The notes beneath the pieces were generated by a model, which saw only the letters and a program-made list of their open reading frames with translations, did not search any database and had not been told where the DNA came from. Below are positions 63,824 through 64,000 of a DNA stretch of 64,000 nucleotides, piece by piece (within the stretch, counting starts at the first letter, position 1; each line of letters begins with the position of its first letter). The translations under genes and the position numbers were made by a program. The DNA lies in the NCBI GenBank assembly GCA_964600295.1, contig CAZRIY010000001.1, positions 169,733 through 233,732 on the forward strand. Direction: 5' to 3'. Source of the DNA: an uncultured Candidatus Saccharibacteria bacterium. GTDB taxonomy: Bacteria > Patescibacteriota > Saccharimonadia > CAZHVB01.

Positions 63824-64000
63824 GGGACAACTTAGGGTTGGACTTGATTGCCCTTGATAGCTTGAACTACCTTGCCGTCTTCTTTGAGATTTTCCCAAAA
63901 CAGAATTTGATCGCGATCGATAAACATTTCGTTCTCGGGCCCATGTAGTTCGTTACCCAACCGGACTAAGGACAGATTATTTTGTTGACTTTGATCGGCA

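Noticed and set aside
1-64000. CRISPR arrays, rRNA genes, RM or other defence systems
   Set aside because: No regularly spaced short direct repeats, no rRNA-like sequence, and no ORFs with nuclease, helicase or methylase motifs were seen.

Overview
This window looks like a replication-origin region of a mid-GC bacterium, most plausibly a CPR/Saccharibacteria-like lineage. That lineage guess is inference; the evidence is an archaeal-type class IIb AspRS/AsnRS, a compact genome, and a Gram-positive-style T4SS. TGA is used as a stop codon (code 11).

- **Origin core, 14.2-20.5 kb:** DUF721, recF, dnaN and dnaA on the minus strand, with DnaA-box clusters on both sides of dnaA, then rpmH-rnpA-yidC-jag on the plus strand.
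- **T4SS-like cluster, 1-14.2 kb:** A dense plus-strand, Gram-positive/ICE-style type IV secretion cluster sits where gyrB/gyrA would normally lie. It comprises three tandem VirB2-like pilin genes, a VirB8-like(?) bitopic protein, a VirB6/TrbL-like polytopic protein, a VirB3/PrgI-like protein and a VirB4 ATPase. A single in-frame TGA interrupts the VirB4 ATPase. These are followed by a 1022-aa membrane-anchored protein with a C-terminal LAS/M15 zinc-peptidase signature, a CwlT-like SLT+M23 cell-wall hydrolase and a 474-aa secreted protein. No relaxase, coupling protein or integrase is visible in the window.
- **Cell-surface glycan genes, 20.7-44.6 kb:** GT1/GT2 transferases, a Wzm/Wzt ABC exporter, a double-GT2 enzyme and a lower-GC island (~28.6-38.2 kb) with a WbuB-like GT, an FkbM methyltransferase, fnlC-fnlB-fnlA (UDP-L-FucNAc pathway), a DPM-synthase-like GT2 with DUF2304 and a large polytopic membrane protein. 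A WaaL-like ligase/polymerase and rmlA-rmlC-rmlB (no rmlD) complete the set. Two paralogous secreted proteins carry a distinctive ~47-aa repeat (FG-GAP-like propeller); one is fused to an S8 subtilisin, the other to a lysozyme-like(?) domain.
- **tRNA-Asn-adjacent region, 45.4-51.5 kb:** lexA, tRNA-Asn(GTT) with a strong terminator, and a 19-nt direct repeat of the tRNA 3-prime end 120 bp downstream. A lower-GC region of small membrane-protein cassettes follows, including a segmental duplication. A ~30-nt motif recurs five times immediately after stop codons in this region.
- **Remainder, 51.5-64 kb:** housekeeping and membrane genes: RRM protein, two mscL paralogs, a CPA2-RCK antiporter, a DsbA-like protein, AspRS/AsnRS, DedA and a P-type ATPase.
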